A stretch of DNA of 64,000 bases from an uncultured Clostridia bacterium. Its GTDB lineage: Bacteria; Bacillota; Clostridia; TANB77; CAG-508. The DNA lies in the NCBI GenBank assembly GCA_944386325.1, contig CALXAP010000005.1, positions 32,377-96,376 on the forward strand, given 5' to 3'. Position numbers and translations under genes: made by a program. This document shows, one piece after another, positions 62,515 to 64,000 of the stretch. Numbering within the stretch: the stretch's first letter is position 1; each line of letters starts with the position of its first letter. The notes under the pieces were generated by a model. The model saw only the letters and a program-made list of their open reading frames with translations, did no database searches and was not told the origin of the DNA.

Positions 62515-63129
62515 ATGAAGGTTTTAAAAAGAAATCAAATTATTATTTTTATATTAGCTTTAATGCTTGTTACAGCTGGTTATTTAAGTACAACTAGTAA
62601 TCAAAATTTATTACAAACAAGTGTTTCTACAAATTATAATAATACCAATGTTGCTAATAATGTCGATGATTCTTCAACTATAGGTGATGCTACTTTTGTT
62701 AATGGAGGGGTTTTAGTCGAAAATGAAGATTTAAATATGATATCAAATAATACTGTAAGTACTAATACTAAAAGTACAGAAGTAGATGATTACTTTTCAA
62801 ACTCTAAATTGCAAAGAGACTCAATGTATTCGCAAAGCTTAGATAGTTATCAGAAAATGTTAGATAGTACAACAATAAGTTCAGAACAAAAAGCTATTGC
62901 TCAAAATGAGATAACAAGGATTAATAATGAGAAAAATGCAATCATGATATCTGAAAATTTAATAAAGACAAAAGGTTTTGAAGATATTATTATTTTTATT
63001 AATGGTGATAGCATTAATGCAGTGATTAAATCTGATAAATTGTCCCAAGAGGAGATTGCTCAGATACAAAATATTTTATCTAGAGAGTTAAAATCAGACA
63101 TATCTAACATACATATAAGTAATAAGTAA
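62515..63129 (+). CDS. spoIIIAH: Stage III sporulation protein AH.
   Basis: N-terminal TM helix. C-terminal YscJ/FliF-like domain ...IIIFINGDSINAVIKSDKLSQEEIAQIQNIL. Start placed after the ATGGAGG SD. Confidence 0.7.
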   Translation: MKVLKRNQIIIFILALMLVTAGYLSTTSNQNLLQTSVSTNYNNTNVANNVDDSSTIGDATFVNGGVLVENEDLNMISNNTVSTNTKSTEVDDYFSNSKLQRDSMYSQSLDSYQKMLDSTTISSEQKAIAQNEITRINNEKNAIMISENLIKTKGFEDIIIFINGDSINAVIKSDKLSQEEIAQIQNILSRELKSDISNIHISNK

Positions 63130-63400
63130 ATAGATAATTAAAAACTGATACATAAAATTAAAGTTTTATTATCAGTTTTTTTAATTGTATATTTATAGAA
63201 TATATTATTTGAGATAGAACAGTGTTTTCACTTTCTACTAGTATATAATATAAAGTAAAATACAAAATTGAATATAGTTTCAGATAAATAAGATATTAAT
63301 AGATATTAAGTATATAAAAAGAAAAAATAATGAATTAAAAATGTTTAAATAAATTAAACATTGTGATAGAATTCTATAAGATATGTGGAGGGATATAACA

Positions 63401-64000
63401 ATGAATATTGGAACTGTTAATGTAATAAAAGTTATAAAAGATGTTTTTACTGATTACAATAAAGATAGTAATATATTAGATATGCAAATAAAACAAATCA
63501 GCTTATTTAAAAAAACGAATATTTTAGATTTAGATTTGAATTCAGATAAAAATATTACAGCTAAGGAATTGTATGAATTTGAAACATATCTTAAAAGTAG
63601 ATTTGGTGTTAGTGATGTTATAACAAATATAAATTATAGTAATAGTATTTCAATAGATAATATTACAGATGAATGGGATCAAATATCATGTTATATTATT
63701 AGAAGATTTCCTACAACAATAGGTATATTAAAAAATAGTAAAATTTCTATTGAAGGAAATAATGCAATTGTTACTTTAGAAGTTAAGGGTTCAGATTTTT
63801 TATATGCTAGGAAAATTGATAAAGATTTAGAGAGATTACTTAAGAATTTATATGGAAAAAGTTTTAAAGTAAAATATGTAGAAGATATAAATGTAGAGAG
63901 TATGGAAAAACAAAAAGAATATGAGAAGAGAATGGAAGAAGAAGCAATAAGGCATATTAAGGCTATGGAATTTATGGCTAAAGAAGAAAAAAAGGAGAAT
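63401..64000 (+). CDS. 3'-truncated ORF running off the window; possibly the N-terminal region of PolC-type DNA polymerase III.
   Basis: Open frame from ATG 63401 to the window end with GGAGGG RBS. Its pattern resembles PolC N-terminal domains, but no catalytic motifs are reached. Confidence 0.3.
   Translation, partial: MNIGTVNVIKVIKDVFTDYNKDSNILDMQIKQISLFKKTNILDLDLNSDKNITAKELYEFETYLKSRFGVSDVITNINYSNSISIDNITDEWDQISCYIIRRFPTTIGILKNSKISIEGNNAIVTLEVKGSDFLYARKIDKDLERLLKNLYGKSFKVKYVEDINVESMEKQKEYEKRMEEEAIRHIKAMEFMAKEEKKEN

Overview
This 64 kb window looks like a chromosomal segment from an extremely AT-rich, spore-forming, Clostridium-like Firmicute. It is mostly core chromosome with a few accessory insertions.

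Gene content, 5' to 3':
- A surface-glycan cluster: a family-1 glycosyltransferase and two large polytopic membrane proteins.
- A stand-alone receiver protein and an XRE regulator.
- A 1-Cys peroxiredoxin.
- An AAA/DUF4143 ATPase preceded by a triple operator-like repeat.
- tcdA-ttcA (tRNA modification), a SleB-domain cell wall hydrolase on a GC-elevated patch, and a DUF1540 mini-protein.
- fba, smpB and uvrB.
- A complete type I-B CRISPR-Cas locus (cas6-cas8b-cas7-cas5-cas3-cas4-cas1-cas2) with a roughly 44-repeat array.
- A P-loop kinase-like protein, a small alarmone synthetase apparently operonic with an OmpR/HK two-component system, then miaB-mutS.
- yabP-yabQ-divIC, rho, a flavin reductase, a deaminase, and a rubredoxin-GltS fusion.
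- tyrS, the rimP-nusA-ylxR-L7Ae-infB-rbfA-nrnA-truB operon, a large FGE-sulfatase-domain protein, and spoIIIAB through spoIIIAH. spoIIIAA is absent from this locus.

The observations most worth follow-up:
1. A strongly signalled upstream ORF with eight consecutive Tyr codons, translationally coupled (ATGA overlap) to tyrS, which has no room for a T-box.
2. A roughly 130 bp conserved intergenic element present twice, with compensatory changes in two hairpins. It may be a structured RNA or a shared regulatory module.
3. A family of GC-rich palindromic REP-like units. Two of them cap a roughly 265 bp direct repeat that brackets one hypothetical gene.
4. At least five pairs of near-identical spacers in the CRISPR array.
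5. A recurring hairpin plus GCTCARATGGAGGTT motif that overlaps the ribosome-binding site of three unrelated genes.
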